This document shows, piece after piece, positions 1 through 9,477 of a DNA stretch of 64,000 nt. Position numbers and translations under genes: made by a program. Below the pieces are notes generated by a model. That model searched no databases, was not told where the DNA came from, and was given only the letters and a program-made list of their open reading frames with translations. Within the stretch, counting starts at the first letter, position 1; the number at the start of each line of letters is the position of its first letter. The DNA is from Bacillales bacterium (lineage in GTDB: Bacteria > Bacillota > Bacilli > Paenibacillales > CANHCR01), in the NCBI GenBank assembly GCA_947459205.1, contig CANHCR010000008.1, positions 7,216 through 71,215 of the forward strand, in the 5' to 3' direction.

Positions 1-319
1 TGTGAAAGCGATTGTCAGTCGAGTCATGCAATTGACGAAAAATGTGCAACGCCCCACATGGGCGACTGCTGATTTGAATGCTTATCTGAAAGATCAAAAA
101 GTATCGGTTGCTCCGCGAGTATTTCAGAACAAATTGTCATCTAGAGCGGAGGTTACAGTGGTGCTTAATCGTTTGTTTCAGAGAGGGCCGCTTTATAATG
201 TGAAAAAGGCGACCTGGCGTGATGTCACAACTTCACATTGGGCATTTGCTGATGTCGAAGAAGCTACGCGTGCGCATACAAGTTTAAGAACGGCGAACGG
301 TGAATGGTTGATCCAATAG
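1..319 (+). CDS. C-terminal part of an S-layer homology (SLH) domain protein (5' truncated by window)
   Basis: SRAEVTVVLNRLFQRGPL...TWRDVTTSHWAFADVEEA resembles SLH repeats and the C-terminal tail of Paenibacillus SLH proteins. Confidence 0.7.
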   Translation, partial: VKAIVSRVMQLTKNVQRPTWATADLNAYLKDQKVSVAPRVFQNKLSSRAEVTVVLNRLFQRGPLYNVKKATWRDVTTSHWAFADVEEATRAHTSLRTANGEWLIQ

Positions 320-324
320 TAACG

Positions 325-783
325 TTACGAGCGAAGTTTACGGAAGAAATCTCTAAGCATTTGTGCACACTCATCACTCAATATGCCAGGAAAGACGGTA
401 GATCGGTGATTGAAGCGTTCATCTGTCAATAGATTCATCAGTGTTCCGCTACAACCTGCTTTGGGATCGGTAGCGCCGAAATAAACGTTTCTGATGCGCG
501 CCTGCAAGATAGCACCCGCACACATAGGGCATGGTTCGAGAGTGACATATAAATCACAGTCGCTCAGTCGCCAAGCACCTAAATTTTTGTTGGCGTCTCG
601 AATGGCCATGATCTCAGCATGCCCTGTAGCGTCTAGCGAACTTTCTCGTACATTATGACCGCGACCGATAATTTGTTGGTTAAAGACAATCACTGCACCG
701 ATGGGCACTTCGTTTTTTTGCCATGCGATGTGCGCCTCGGCGATTGCTTCTCGCATCCAATACTCTGGAGGAAAATCTACCAT
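325..783 (-). CDS. tadA: tRNA adenosine(34) deaminase
   Basis: EVPIGAV, HAE and TLEPCPMC zinc motifs, FGATDPKAG, RFNH. Confidence 0.95.
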   Translation of the reverse strand: MVDFPPEYWMREAIAEAHIAWQKNEVPIGAVIVFNQQIIGRGHNVRESSLDATGHAEIMAIRDANKNLGAWRLSDCDLYVTLEPCPMCAGAILQARIRNVYFGATDPKAGCSGTLMNLLTDERFNHRSTVFPGILSDECAQMLRDFFRKLRS

Positions 784-1036
784 GATTACACCTCGAATTC
801 TTTAGTCGATACAAAGGTAACACATGTGAGTACGTCTATAAAGAGTGAATAGGTAGCGAATTGGTGTAATTTTGCAAGAAATTATGCTTAAATTGACTAA
901 ACAAACCTCATTCACTTAAAAAAAAACATATTTCTTTGAATTTATTGTTTACAAATCGAGAATTTCATGTCATATTATTTAAGTAAGTCTATTCGTGTAG
1001 GCTTAAATTCAAACAGTGAAGGGTGGAAAAAGTTTT

Positions 1037-2299
1037 ATGAAGAAATGGTTAGTGTTGTTGGTCGCGCTAGTCATGGTGTTCACTGCTGCCGCTGGTGTAA
1101 GCGCGAACACGTCCAGCATTCCTGCTGGAATCACTCCTGAAAAAGGAGCGAAATTGATCGTATGGGAGTCCGAAGATCAGTACAAGTACATGTCGACAGT
1201 TGCACAAGCTTTCTCGAGAGCTTACAAAATTCCAGTTACAGTGCAAAAAGTCGAAATTACTGATGCGATCGCAAAAATGACACTTGCGAAAAAAGGTGCT
1301 TCCAATTCTCCAGACGTTGTCGTGTTCCCGCATGACAGACTCGGTGAAGCAGTAAAAGCAAAACTTGTTTACCAAAACAGTGAACTTGCAGCAGTTACGA
1401 AAAGAAACAACCCTGCAAGCGCTATCGATGCGGTAAGCATGAACGGCGTAATTTACGGATATCCAAAACAAGTTGAGTCCGTAGCGCTTATTTACAACAA
1501 AAAATTGGTGAAAAACCCACCAAAAACTTGGGCTGAAGTAATTGCATTGGGTAAAAACAAAACATTACACAACCCAGCAAACAAACGCTATGTTATTCTT
1601 TGGGAAGTTGGCGGTGCATACCACAGCTACGCGTTCATCGGTAGCCAAGGCGGTTATGTATTCGGTAACAAAGGTTCCAACAAAAACGATGTAGGTATTG
1701 CTAATGCAGGCGCTGTAAGAAGCTTGACTACTTACAAACAAGTTAGAGATCAACTTCTTTCGAGCTTGAAATCCGGTTCGATTACTGGAGACGTTGTAAA
1801 CGGTTTGTTCCAAACTGGTAAAGTTGCAATGACGATCAATGGTCCTTGGATGATTGATGCTTATCAAAAAGCAGGCATCGATGTAGGCGTTACAAAAATC
1901 CCTGCATTCGGTACTGCAGCAAACCAAGTCGCTAAACCTTTCGGTGGCGTTCGTGCATACTATGTATCCTCGAAAGCTATGTACCCAGAAGCTGCCAAAT
2001 TGTTTGCACACTTCGCAACTCAAAAATGGGCACAAACTGAACTTTACAAAATGAAAAAATCAATCCCAGCTAATAAAGAAGCAGCAAACTCTGTAACAGT
2101 TAAAAGAGATCCGATTATCTCCGGTTTCTCCGCACAGTTCGCTGATGCTACGCCAATGCCTAGCATTCCAGAAATGGGCAACTACTGGGGTAACGCTGGT
2201 ACGGCTCTTACTGAAATCTTCGACAAAGGTGTAGCTCCTAAAGCAGCAGCTGACAAAGCGAAGAAAGCAATGGATGCCGCTATCAAAGGATCGAAGTAA
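1037..2299 (+). CDS. maltose/maltodextrin ABC transporter substrate-binding protein (MalE/MdxE family)
   Basis: PDVVVFPHDRLG, YNKKLV.NPPKTW, MTINGPW, PMPSIPEMG.YW motifs; signal peptide ending VSA; precedes two permeases; ATG at 1037. Confidence 0.9.
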   Translation: MKKWLVLLVALVMVFTAAAGVSANTSSIPAGITPEKGAKLIVWESEDQYKYMSTVAQAFSRAYKIPVTVQKVEITDAIAKMTLAKKGASNSPDVVVFPHDRLGEAVKAKLVYQNSELAAVTKRNNPASAIDAVSMNGVIYGYPKQVESVALIYNKKLVKNPPKTWAEVIALGKNKTLHNPANKRYVILWEVGGAYHSYAFIGSQGGYVFGNKGSNKNDVGIANAGAVRSLTTYKQVRDQLLSSLKSGSITGDVVNGLFQTGKVAMTINGPWMIDAYQKAGIDVGVTKIPAFGTAANQVAKPFGGVRAYYVSSKAMYPEAAKLFAHFATQKWAQTELYKMKKSIPANKEAANSVTVKRDPIISGFSAQFADATPMPSIPEMGNYWGNAGTALTEIFDKGVAPKAAADKAKKAMDAAIKGSK

Positions 2300-2343
2300 T
2301 CACGTAGGAATCTACATTCTGAAGTTGTTATAAAGACCTAATA

Positions 2344-2379
2344 GTCACCCGTCGAGTAAAGTTTTATTCGGCGGGTGAT
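2344..2379 (+). promoter_or_regulatory. intergenic stem-loop after the binding-protein gene (mRNA stabiliser or partial terminator)
   Basis: GTCACCCGTCGAGTAAA / TTTATTCGGCGGGTGAT long stem with G-U pairs and only a short U tail. Confidence 0.65.
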
Positions 2380-2410
2380 TTACAATCTAGGATAGGAGCG
2401 ATTTGCAAAA

Positions 2411-3727
2411 ATGAATCGTCATTCGGTAAAAGTCTCCTTGTTCTCAGCAATCATCATGGGACTTGGTCAAATTATAAATAAACAATATATCAAAGCGATT
2501 CTTTTCTTCTTGATTCAAATCACTGGAATAATTTATTTTGTTACAATCTTCCCGAAACACTTTATGGGATTAGTAACATTAGGTGATGTGGCACAAACAG
2601 TTGTAAATGGTGAGATTATTTTTATTGATAACTCGATTTATTTGATGGTTTATGGACTGGTAGCACTCATTATTGCCGGGATTATTATCAGTCTCTACAT
2701 ATTTAACATCAGAGATGCATTCAATAACGGCAAGTTAATCGAGAGAGGTTTCGAAACACTCGATTTTTGGAAAGAACTTAAACTCGCAAGTTCAAGACAA
2801 TTCCCGATTTTTTTGTTGATTTTGCCTGCTCTCGGGATTTTGTTTTTTACGATATTCCCGCTAATCTTCGGTATCCTGTTCGCGTTTACGAACTATGATT
2901 TCGATCATTTACCGCCTGGTCATTTGATTGATTGGACTGGATTTGCTTCATTCAAAGAATTGATTTTGCTTGATGATTATAGTTATACGTTCTACAACGT
3001 ATCACTTTGGACTGTTATTTGGGCGATTGTTGCGACGATTACCACCTACTTTGGCGGGATGTTGGTTGCAATTCTGATTCAACAGCGTGGCATTAAGTTT
3101 AAAAAATTCTGGCGTACTATTTACGTGTTACCGTACGCGATTCCGCAATTCATATCGTTACTTGTATGGAAAAATTTAATGAATGAAGATTTTGGCCCCA
3201 TCAATGAGTACTTGATGACGCTTGGGTTAAATACAGTTCCTTGGTTTAATGATCCGACTTGGGCAAAGTTTTCGATTATCCTCGTTAATATGTGGATCGG
3301 TATCCCCGTTTCGATGATTTTGATTACTGGGATCTTGACCACGATTCCGAAGGACTTGTATGAAGCAGCCGATGTAGATGGTGCGAATGATTACCAGAAG
3401 TTCCGATTGATTACTTTACCGATGATTTTATTTTCGACAGCTCCGATTCTAATTATGCAATTTGCCGGTAACATTAATAACTTTAACGTTATTTACTTGT
3501 TGACGGATGGCGGTCCGATAGGCGAAGGGTATCATCCAACCGCAGGATCGACGGATTTGCTTGTTACTTGGTTATTCAAATTGTCCGGTTTAGGAAACTC
3601 GGGTATGCCTCCTCAGTACAACTTGGCATCGGCGATTGGTATTATCATCTTCGTCGTCATTGCGACGATATCGATTATCAGTTTCCGACGCACAAAATCT
3701 TTCAAAGAATCAGACATGATTCAATAA
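2411..3727 (+). CDS. maltodextrin ABC transporter permease (MalF/MdxF family)
   Basis: multi-TM; EAA loop IPKDLYEAADVDGA; NINNFNVIYLLT.GGP. Confidence 0.9.
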   Translation: MNRHSVKVSLFSAIIMGLGQIINKQYIKAILFFLIQITGIIYFVTIFPKHFMGLVTLGDVAQTVVNGEIIFIDNSIYLMVYGLVALIIAGIIISLYIFNIRDAFNNGKLIERGFETLDFWKELKLASSRQFPIFLLILPALGILFFTIFPLIFGILFAFTNYDFDHLPPGHLIDWTGFASFKELILLDDYSYTFYNVSLWTVIWAIVATITTYFGGMLVAILIQQRGIKFKKFWRTIYVLPYAIPQFISLLVWKNLMNEDFGPINEYLMTLGLNTVPWFNDPTWAKFSIILVNMWIGIPVSMILITGILTTIPKDLYEAADVDGANDYQKFRLITLPMILFSTAPILIMQFAGNINNFNVIYLLTDGGPIGEGYHPTAGSTDLLVTWLFKLSGLGNSGMPPQYNLASAIGIIIFVVIATISIISFRRTKSFKESDMIQ

Positions 3728-3745
3728 GGGGAGGGGAGAGTCAAC

Positions 3746-4771
3746 ATGAAATTTTTCAAACCTGCAATTTTGCTAACGCTCTTGTTATTGTTCGCAATGG
3801 GTGGCGTGGCATATGCATTCGTGGATGAGACACGTGAGACGACATCTCCGTTTCTATATCTATTCATCGTAATTGGAGTTGTTGTGGCATACATTTGTAC
3901 ACAAATGTTTTTTGGAAAGAAATTAAGCAATCAAGTTCGTGTTGTGACAAGTTACACATTACTTGTTCTACTCGTTATTATCAGCGTCTATCCGATTTTG
4001 TTCATCATCATGACATCTTTGAAAGTAGAAAATGCGTTATTCAGTCCAACGTTTCTACCGGTTGATGAATTCGGAAATTGGAATGCTACCTTTGATCATT
4101 ACAAAAATTTGTTCAGTGGTTACAATGAACAGTTTGTTGGCTGGTTTTGGAATACGCTTAAAATCTCTACACTTAGTATGATTTTCGGCACAATTTTGAC
4201 GGTTTTGGCATCGTATGCCTTGTCACGCTTTAAGTTCCGCGGTAGACAATCGTCGTTGACGTTGTTGCTCATTCTTGGTATGTTCCCTGGATTTATGGCG
4301 ATGATTGCCATCTACATCTTCTTGCAAGAACTACAATTGCATGACACGCATCTCGCCTTGATACTTGTATACTCATTAGGTGCACCATTAGGCGGTGTGT
4401 TCGTTGCGAAAGGTTTTTATGATACGATCCCGAAATCGTTGGAAGAAGCGGCGCGCATCGATGGGGCAAGCCAATTGGGGATTTTCATTCGTATAGTACT
4501 TCCGCTTTCAAAACCGATGTTAACGTTCATTGCTTTGACGATTTTCACTGGTACGTGGGTAGACTTTATTTTCGCGAAAATCATTATTTTCTCTGATGAG
4601 AAGATGACGCTTGCGGTTGGTTTGTTGACGTTCGTACGTGACATGAATGCATCTGATTACAATGCATTTGCCGCTGGTTCGGTGCTTGCAGCGATTCCGA
4701 TTACATTACTCTTTATTTTCTTGCAACGTTTCCTTGTTGAAGGGTTGACGGCAGGAGCATCCAAAGGATGA
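3746..4771 (+). CDS. maltodextrin ABC transporter permease (MalG/MdxG family) with N-terminal extension
   Basis: EAA loop KGFYDTIPKSLEEAARIDGA; C-terminal FLQRFLVEGLTAGASKG. Confidence 0.9.
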   Translation: MKFFKPAILLTLLLLFAMGGVAYAFVDETRETTSPFLYLFIVIGVVVAYICTQMFFGKKLSNQVRVVTSYTLLVLLVIISVYPILFIIMTSLKVENALFSPTFLPVDEFGNWNATFDHYKNLFSGYNEQFVGWFWNTLKISTLSMIFGTILTVLASYALSRFKFRGRQSSLTLLLILGMFPGFMAMIAIYIFLQELQLHDTHLALILVYSLGAPLGGVFVAKGFYDTIPKSLEEAARIDGASQLGIFIRIVLPLSKPMLTFIALTIFTGTWVDFIFAKIIIFSDEKMTLAVGLLTFVRDMNASDYNAFAAGSVLAAIPITLLFIFLQRFLVEGLTAGASKG

Positions 4772-6402
4772 TGTCGATGATGACGACTTGGTTCTCTAAG
4801 CGATTAAAAGTAGCAACTGCAGTATTTATTACTGTAGTTGCTCTTTTTGTCATTGTTGGATGTACAGCCGATACGAAACAATATGTGGTGAAAGATAGCC
4901 GCAGCGGTGTTTTTTATGAAATTTTTGTGCGCTCGTTTCATGATTCTGATGGTGATGGCGTTGGTGATTTTAAGGGGATTGTTGAGAAACTTGACTACTT
5001 AAACGACGGCAATCCTGAAACGGACTCTGATTTGGGGATTGATGGTATTTGGTTGATGCCAATCAATGATAGCCCGACTTATCACGGTTACGATGTCGTT
5101 GATTATTATGCGGTAAATCCTGACTATGGAACGATGGAAGATTTTGAGTTGTTGTTAAAAGAATCGAAAAAGCGTGGCATAAAGATTATTATTGACCTAG
5201 TTGTGAATCATTCTAGTTCGCAACATCCTTGGTTTATTAAATCGGCGTATGATCCGGAAGGTCCATATCGAGATTGGTATGTGTGGGCGGATGAAGATGA
5301 CGATACGTCGGCACAAAGCGCGGCTGCTGGAGGATCAGCATGGCACCTAGAAAATGATGGTTACTATAAAGCGATTTTTTGGGGCGAAATGCCGGATTTC
5401 AACTTTGACAATCCTGAAGTGCAAAATGCGTTCGCGGATATCGGTCAATTTTGGTTGAAAAAGGGTGTGGATGGGTTCCGTCTAGATGCAGCGAAGCATA
5501 TTTTTATTGACACATACAACGATACAACGGATCCAATGATGAAAAAGAAAAATCAGAAGATGTGGCAACAGTTTCGTAAGGATATGGATGTGGTCAACAA
5601 AGACGCCTTCTTAGTCGGTGAAGTATGGGATGGTTCGTCTGCAATTACTCCATTTTTGGATCAGGCGCTTGATTCAGCATTTAATTTTGATTTAGCGGGT
5701 CTGATTATGTCGGCTGCGAAGGATGGTAGTCGGTCAGAGATTGCACGCTATTTGAAGGGTGTATATGAAGAGTATGATAGCGCCGCAAAGGGACAATATA
5801 TTGACACGACGTTTTTGACGAATCATGATCAAACGCGCGTGATGACCGAAGTCTTTGAAAACAAGGATAAGGCGAAGTTGGCAGCTTCGATGTTGTTGAC
5901 ATTGCCTGGCGTTCCGTTCATTTACTATGGTGAGGAAGTTGGTATGACCGGTGCGAAACCAGACGAAGAAATTCGTTTGCCATTCCCATGGTACAAAAGC
6001 GGAACAGGCGACGGTCAGACTGATTTTCATGTAGAGAATAGTTTCTATGCATCGACAAATTTTGAACATGCATATGAGGTGCAAGTTGACGACCCAGATT
6101 CTCTACTTAATCACTACAAAACATTGATTCGATTGCGAAAGCAGCATGGTCCTTTGATGGAAGGTTCGATTCGCGAGTATCCAAGTGAGAATCTTGAAGT
6201 GGAAGTATATATGCGAAGTTTGGCAGATGAACATTTGTTGGTTGTCCACAATGTTGGCGACAAGGAACAGACGATTCCGTTGAGTAAAGGTAGTAAGTTG
6301 CCAAAGTTTGATGACATAATTTTTGAGACGAATGAGGGTGCGGATGTAGACGGTGACAAGTTGACGATACCGCCATATACGTCTTTGATATTGGCAGAGT
6401 AA
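4768..6402 (+). CDS. GH13 alpha-amylase lipoprotein (GH13_36-like)
   Basis: lipobox IVGC; FYEIFVRSFHDSDGDGVGD, MPDFN, DGFRLDAAKH, GEVW, FLTNHDQ catalytic motifs. Confidence 0.9.
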   Translation: MMSMMTTWFSKRLKVATAVFITVVALFVIVGCTADTKQYVVKDSRSGVFYEIFVRSFHDSDGDGVGDFKGIVEKLDYLNDGNPETDSDLGIDGIWLMPINDSPTYHGYDVVDYYAVNPDYGTMEDFELLLKESKKRGIKIIIDLVVNHSSSQHPWFIKSAYDPEGPYRDWYVWADEDDDTSAQSAAAGGSAWHLENDGYYKAIFWGEMPDFNFDNPEVQNAFADIGQFWLKKGVDGFRLDAAKHIFIDTYNDTTDPMMKKKNQKMWQQFRKDMDVVNKDAFLVGEVWDGSSAITPFLDQALDSAFNFDLAGLIMSAAKDGSRSEIARYLKGVYEEYDSAAKGQYIDTTFLTNHDQTRVMTEVFENKDKAKLAASMLLTLPGVPFIYYGEEVGMTGAKPDEEIRLPFPWYKSGTGDGQTDFHVENSFYASTNFEHAYEVQVDDPDSLLNHYKTLIRLRKQHGPLMEGSIREYPSENLEVEVYMRSLADEHLLVVHNVGDKEQTIPLSKGSKLPKFDDIIFETNEGADVDGDKLTIPPYTSLILAE

Positions 6403-6429
6403 ATCGATAGTGTTATTAATAGGGAAAGC

Positions 6430-6467
6430 AAAACGGACCGATTCTGTTGAACCGGTCCGTATTTTTA
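6430..6467. terminator. likely bidirectional terminator between convergent GH13 genes
   Basis: AAAACGGACCG...CGGTCCGTATTTTT inverted repeat flanked by A and T runs. Confidence 0.65.
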
Positions 6468-6472
6468 TAGAA

Positions 6473-8215
6473 TTATGAAACTAGAATTAGGAAGTCATAT
6501 GGAGCCAGTGCCATATTGATGGTTTCAGTCGTTGAAGGGTACTGCACTCCGGTGCGTAGACATTGATAATTCCGAGAACTTAGGTTTATATCGATGCCAC
6601 TCGTTTCGTCACTTGAGTTGATAGCGATAATGATTGATTGATGTTCGTCGAAACGTTCGTACATGATGACTGGTGATTGTGGTGCGGCATGCAAAAAGCG
6701 GAATTGACCATTGCGAAGAACAGAGTGTTGTTTCCGCCACGCAATGATTTGTTGATAGTGAGCGAACAGGGCGTGATCCTGATGTTCAGGCTCCCAAATC
6801 ATGCATTTGCGACAGTCAGGGTCGAAACCGCCGTCTAAACCGACTTCGGTGCCGTAATAGATACAAGGAGTGCCCATGTATGTGAACTGAAATAGTGAAA
6901 CGAGTTTGAGCAATGATTTGTTGCCGCCGAGCAAAGTCAAAATCCGTTCAGTGTCATGGCTATCAATGATGTTGAATGCGACTTCATGCACTTGTTTCTG
7001 AAAACGACCGATGTTATTACCGATTAAGTCGGCGAATCCTTTGGCGTCTACTACATTGCGAACGAAGAAGTCCCAAATCGCATTGGTCATCGGATAATTC
7101 ATCGCTGCATCGAACTGATCGCCTTCGAGCCATGGCATCGCGTCGTGCCATACTTCACCGAGAATGTAAGCGTCTGGTTTCATGCTTTTGACGACTTGGC
7201 GGAAATCACGCCAAAAACTGTGTTCGACTTCGTTTGCAACGTCGAGTCGCCAACCGTCGATGCCGACTTCTTCGATCCAAAAGCGAGCAACGTTGAGTAA
7301 GTAGGCGCGCACCTCCGGGTTGGCGGTATTAAATTTGGGCATGCGCGGTGAAAAAGCGAAGGTATGGTATGTTGGTACACCGTCGACTACTTCGAGTGGA
7401 AAACTGCGCACGTGGAACCAGTCGCGATACTTCGATTGTTCGCCATTTTCAAGGACATCAACAAACGCCGGAAACATCCGGCCGCTATGGTTGAAGACCG
7501 CATCGAGCATCACACGAATGCCTTTGGCGTGACATTTCGCCACCAATTCCTTCAGTGTTTCAATCGAGCCGAAGTGAGGGTCAATTTGAAAATAGTCAGC
7601 CGTATCATATTTATGATTCGACGGCGAGAGAAAGATGGGCGTGAAATAAATCGCATTAATGCCGAGGTCGACGAGATAGTCGAGTTTTTCGATGACGCCG
7701 ACCAAATCGCCACCGAAAAAGTTGGTATATGTAGGTTGTGCGCCCCAAGGTTCCATCTGCTCAGGGTTGAGCGATGCGTCGCCGTTCGCGAAACGTTCGG
7801 GAAAAATTTGATAGAAGATAGCGTCTTTTACCCAATCTGGCGGAGCGAATAAGTTGCTACGGTGAATGAACGGAAATTCGAAATTGCGCCACGGCATGTT
7901 GGTGTATTCGCTGCTGACACCATGGTCAGTAAACCAGACGACATCGTTTTCAGCATGCAGCCGAAAACAATAAAATAAGCGTTGATACGTTGGCTGCAGC
8001 GTGATTTCCCAGTAGTCGAAAAGTTCATCTGATGTTAATAACTGCATCGGATGAAATTGTTGCGTCTGCTCCCAGGCATATTTGTCGCCAGCCCAACAAT
8101 CAACGTGAGTACAGTTGTGGCGCTGCGTGCGAATGCGCAGACAGATGGTATGCTCGTCGTAGCCGTAAGCCCAATTGCGATGTGGGCGATGATAGATCGC
8201 TTCTTTTAATATCAT
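6473..8215 (-). CDS. cytoplasmic neopullulanase/cyclomaltodextrinase (GH13_20)
   Basis: N-terminal EAIYHRP domain, DAIFYQIFPERFANGD, MPKFN, DGWRLDVANE, GEVWH, DSHDT; GGAGG RBS 7 nt before ATG at 8215. Confidence 0.92.
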   Translation of the reverse strand: MILKEAIYHRPHRNWAYGYDEHTICLRIRTQRHNCTHVDCWAGDKYAWEQTQQFHPMQLLTSDELFDYWEITLQPTYQRLFYCFRLHAENDVVWFTDHGVSSEYTNMPWRNFEFPFIHRSNLFAPPDWVKDAIFYQIFPERFANGDASLNPEQMEPWGAQPTYTNFFGGDLVGVIEKLDYLVDLGINAIYFTPIFLSPSNHKYDTADYFQIDPHFGSIETLKELVAKCHAKGIRVMLDAVFNHSGRMFPAFVDVLENGEQSKYRDWFHVRSFPLEVVDGVPTYHTFAFSPRMPKFNTANPEVRAYLLNVARFWIEEVGIDGWRLDVANEVEHSFWRDFRQVVKSMKPDAYILGEVWHDAMPWLEGDQFDAAMNYPMTNAIWDFFVRNVVDAKGFADLIGNNIGRFQKQVHEVAFNIIDSHDTERILTLLGGNKSLLKLVSLFQFTYMGTPCIYYGTEVGLDGGFDPDCRKCMIWEPEHQDHALFAHYQQIIAWRKQHSVLRNGQFRFLHAAPQSPVIMYERFDEHQSIIIAINSSDETSGIDINLSSRNYQCLRTGVQYPSTTETINMALAPYDFLILVS

Positions 8216-8312
8216 GGTCATGCCTCCGCGTAATTTGTTCGACTGACGTATGCATGATAGCATAGCACTCCCGCGAATACAATCGAAAAAAGTCGAAAAC
8301 CATGTGATTTCG

Positions 8313-8341
8313 TTGACTTTGCAAGCCGTGTTCACTAAAAT
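8313..8341 (+). promoter_or_regulatory. sigma-A promoter for prfA operon
   Basis: TTGACT-17 nt-TAAAAT. Confidence 0.65.
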
Positions 8342-8380
8342 GATAAAGTTATGTACAATAACGTTAGAGGTGAGTGTAAA

Positions 8381-9460
8381 GTGAATCAAATGTTAGAGCG
8401 TTTGCAAGCGGTCATGGAACGCTATGAACAACTGAGCGAGCTGTTGTGTGATCCTGCGGTTGCGTCGGATCCGAAGCGCCTGCGTGACTATTCCAAAGAG
8501 CAATCGGGGATTCAGGAACTATATCATGCATCAACGGAATATCGTACGGTGGTCGAACAATGGACTGATGCTCGGCAAATGTTGGATGACAAATTGGACG
8601 ATGACATGCGCGAGTTGGTCAAACTCGAGCTAGATGAATTAAGTGAGCGCAAGGAGTCGTTGGAAGAGTCGATTCGTGTGCTGATGTTGCCGAAGGATCC
8701 AAACGATGATAAAAATGTGATTATTGAGATACGCGGTGCTGCGGGCGGTGATGAGGCGGCCTTGTTTGCCGGTGATTTGTACCGCATGTACAACAAGTAT
8801 GCGGATACACACGGTTGGCGGACAACGGTGATTGATGCCAGTCACAATGATATTGGCGGCTTTAAAGAGGTCATCTTCATGATTGACGGTAAAGGTGCGT
8901 ATAGCAAATTGAAGTTTGAGAGCGGTGCGCATCGTGTGCAGCGTATTCCGACGACTGAGTCGGGCGGGCGCATTCATACCTCGACGGCGACGGTGGCGGT
9001 GCTTCCAGAAGTTGAGGATGTTGAAGTGGAAATCTCCGAGAAGGACATTCGCGTCGATGTGTTCTGTTCGAGCGGGGCCGGCGGGCAGTCGGTCAATACG
9101 ACGCAGTCTGCGGTTCGCGTGACGCATATTCCGACAGGGATTGTTGCAACGTGTCAGGAAGGAAAATCGCAAAACTCGAACAAAGAGAAGGCGCTACAGG
9201 TGTTGCGTGCACGGATTCAAGATAAGTTGCAGCAGGAAGAGCAAGCCAAGTATGATGACGAGCGTAAGTTGAAAGTGGGTACCGGCGACCGTAGTGAGCG
9301 GATTCGCACTTACAATTTTCCGCAAAATCGCGTGACCGATCATCGCATCGGCTTGACATTGCATAAGCTTGAGGTTGTGCTTAATGGCGATATTGAGGAG
9401 ATTGTCAGCGCATTGACGTTGTCGGCGCAGGCGGAGCAATTGTCAGGCAACGCCGAGTAG
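8381..9460 (+). CDS. prfA: peptide chain release factor 1
   Basis: PTT anticodon motif ([14 protein letters not shown]), [32 protein letters not shown] before GTG at 8381. Confidence 0.97.
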   Translation: MNQMLERLQAVMERYEQLSELLCDPAVASDPKRLRDYSKEQSGIQELYHASTEYRTVVEQWTDARQMLDDKLDDDMRELVKLELDELSERKESLEESIRVLMLPKDPNDDKNVIIEIRGAAGGDEAALFAGDLYRMYNKYADTHGWRTTVIDASHNDIGGFKEVIFMIDGKGAYSKLKFESGAHRVQRIPTTESGGRIHTSTATVAVLPEVEDVEVEISEKDIRVDVFCSSGAGGQSVNTTQSAVRVTHIPTGIVATCQEGKSQNSNKEKALQVLRARIQDKLQQEEQAKYDDERKLKVGTGDRSERIRTYNFPQNRVTDHRIGLTLHKLEVVLNGDIEEIVSALTLSAQAEQLSGNAE

Positions 9461-9477
9461 GAGTGGAGTGGCGAAGG

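Noticed and set aside
8216..8389. 58-aa N-terminal extension of the neopullulanase in the ORF track
   Set aside because: A GGAGG RBS and the family N-terminus place the start at 8215; the extension overlaps the prfA promoter
8381..9460. Programmed frameshift as in prfB
   Set aside because: The ORF is continuous and has the RF1 PxT motif
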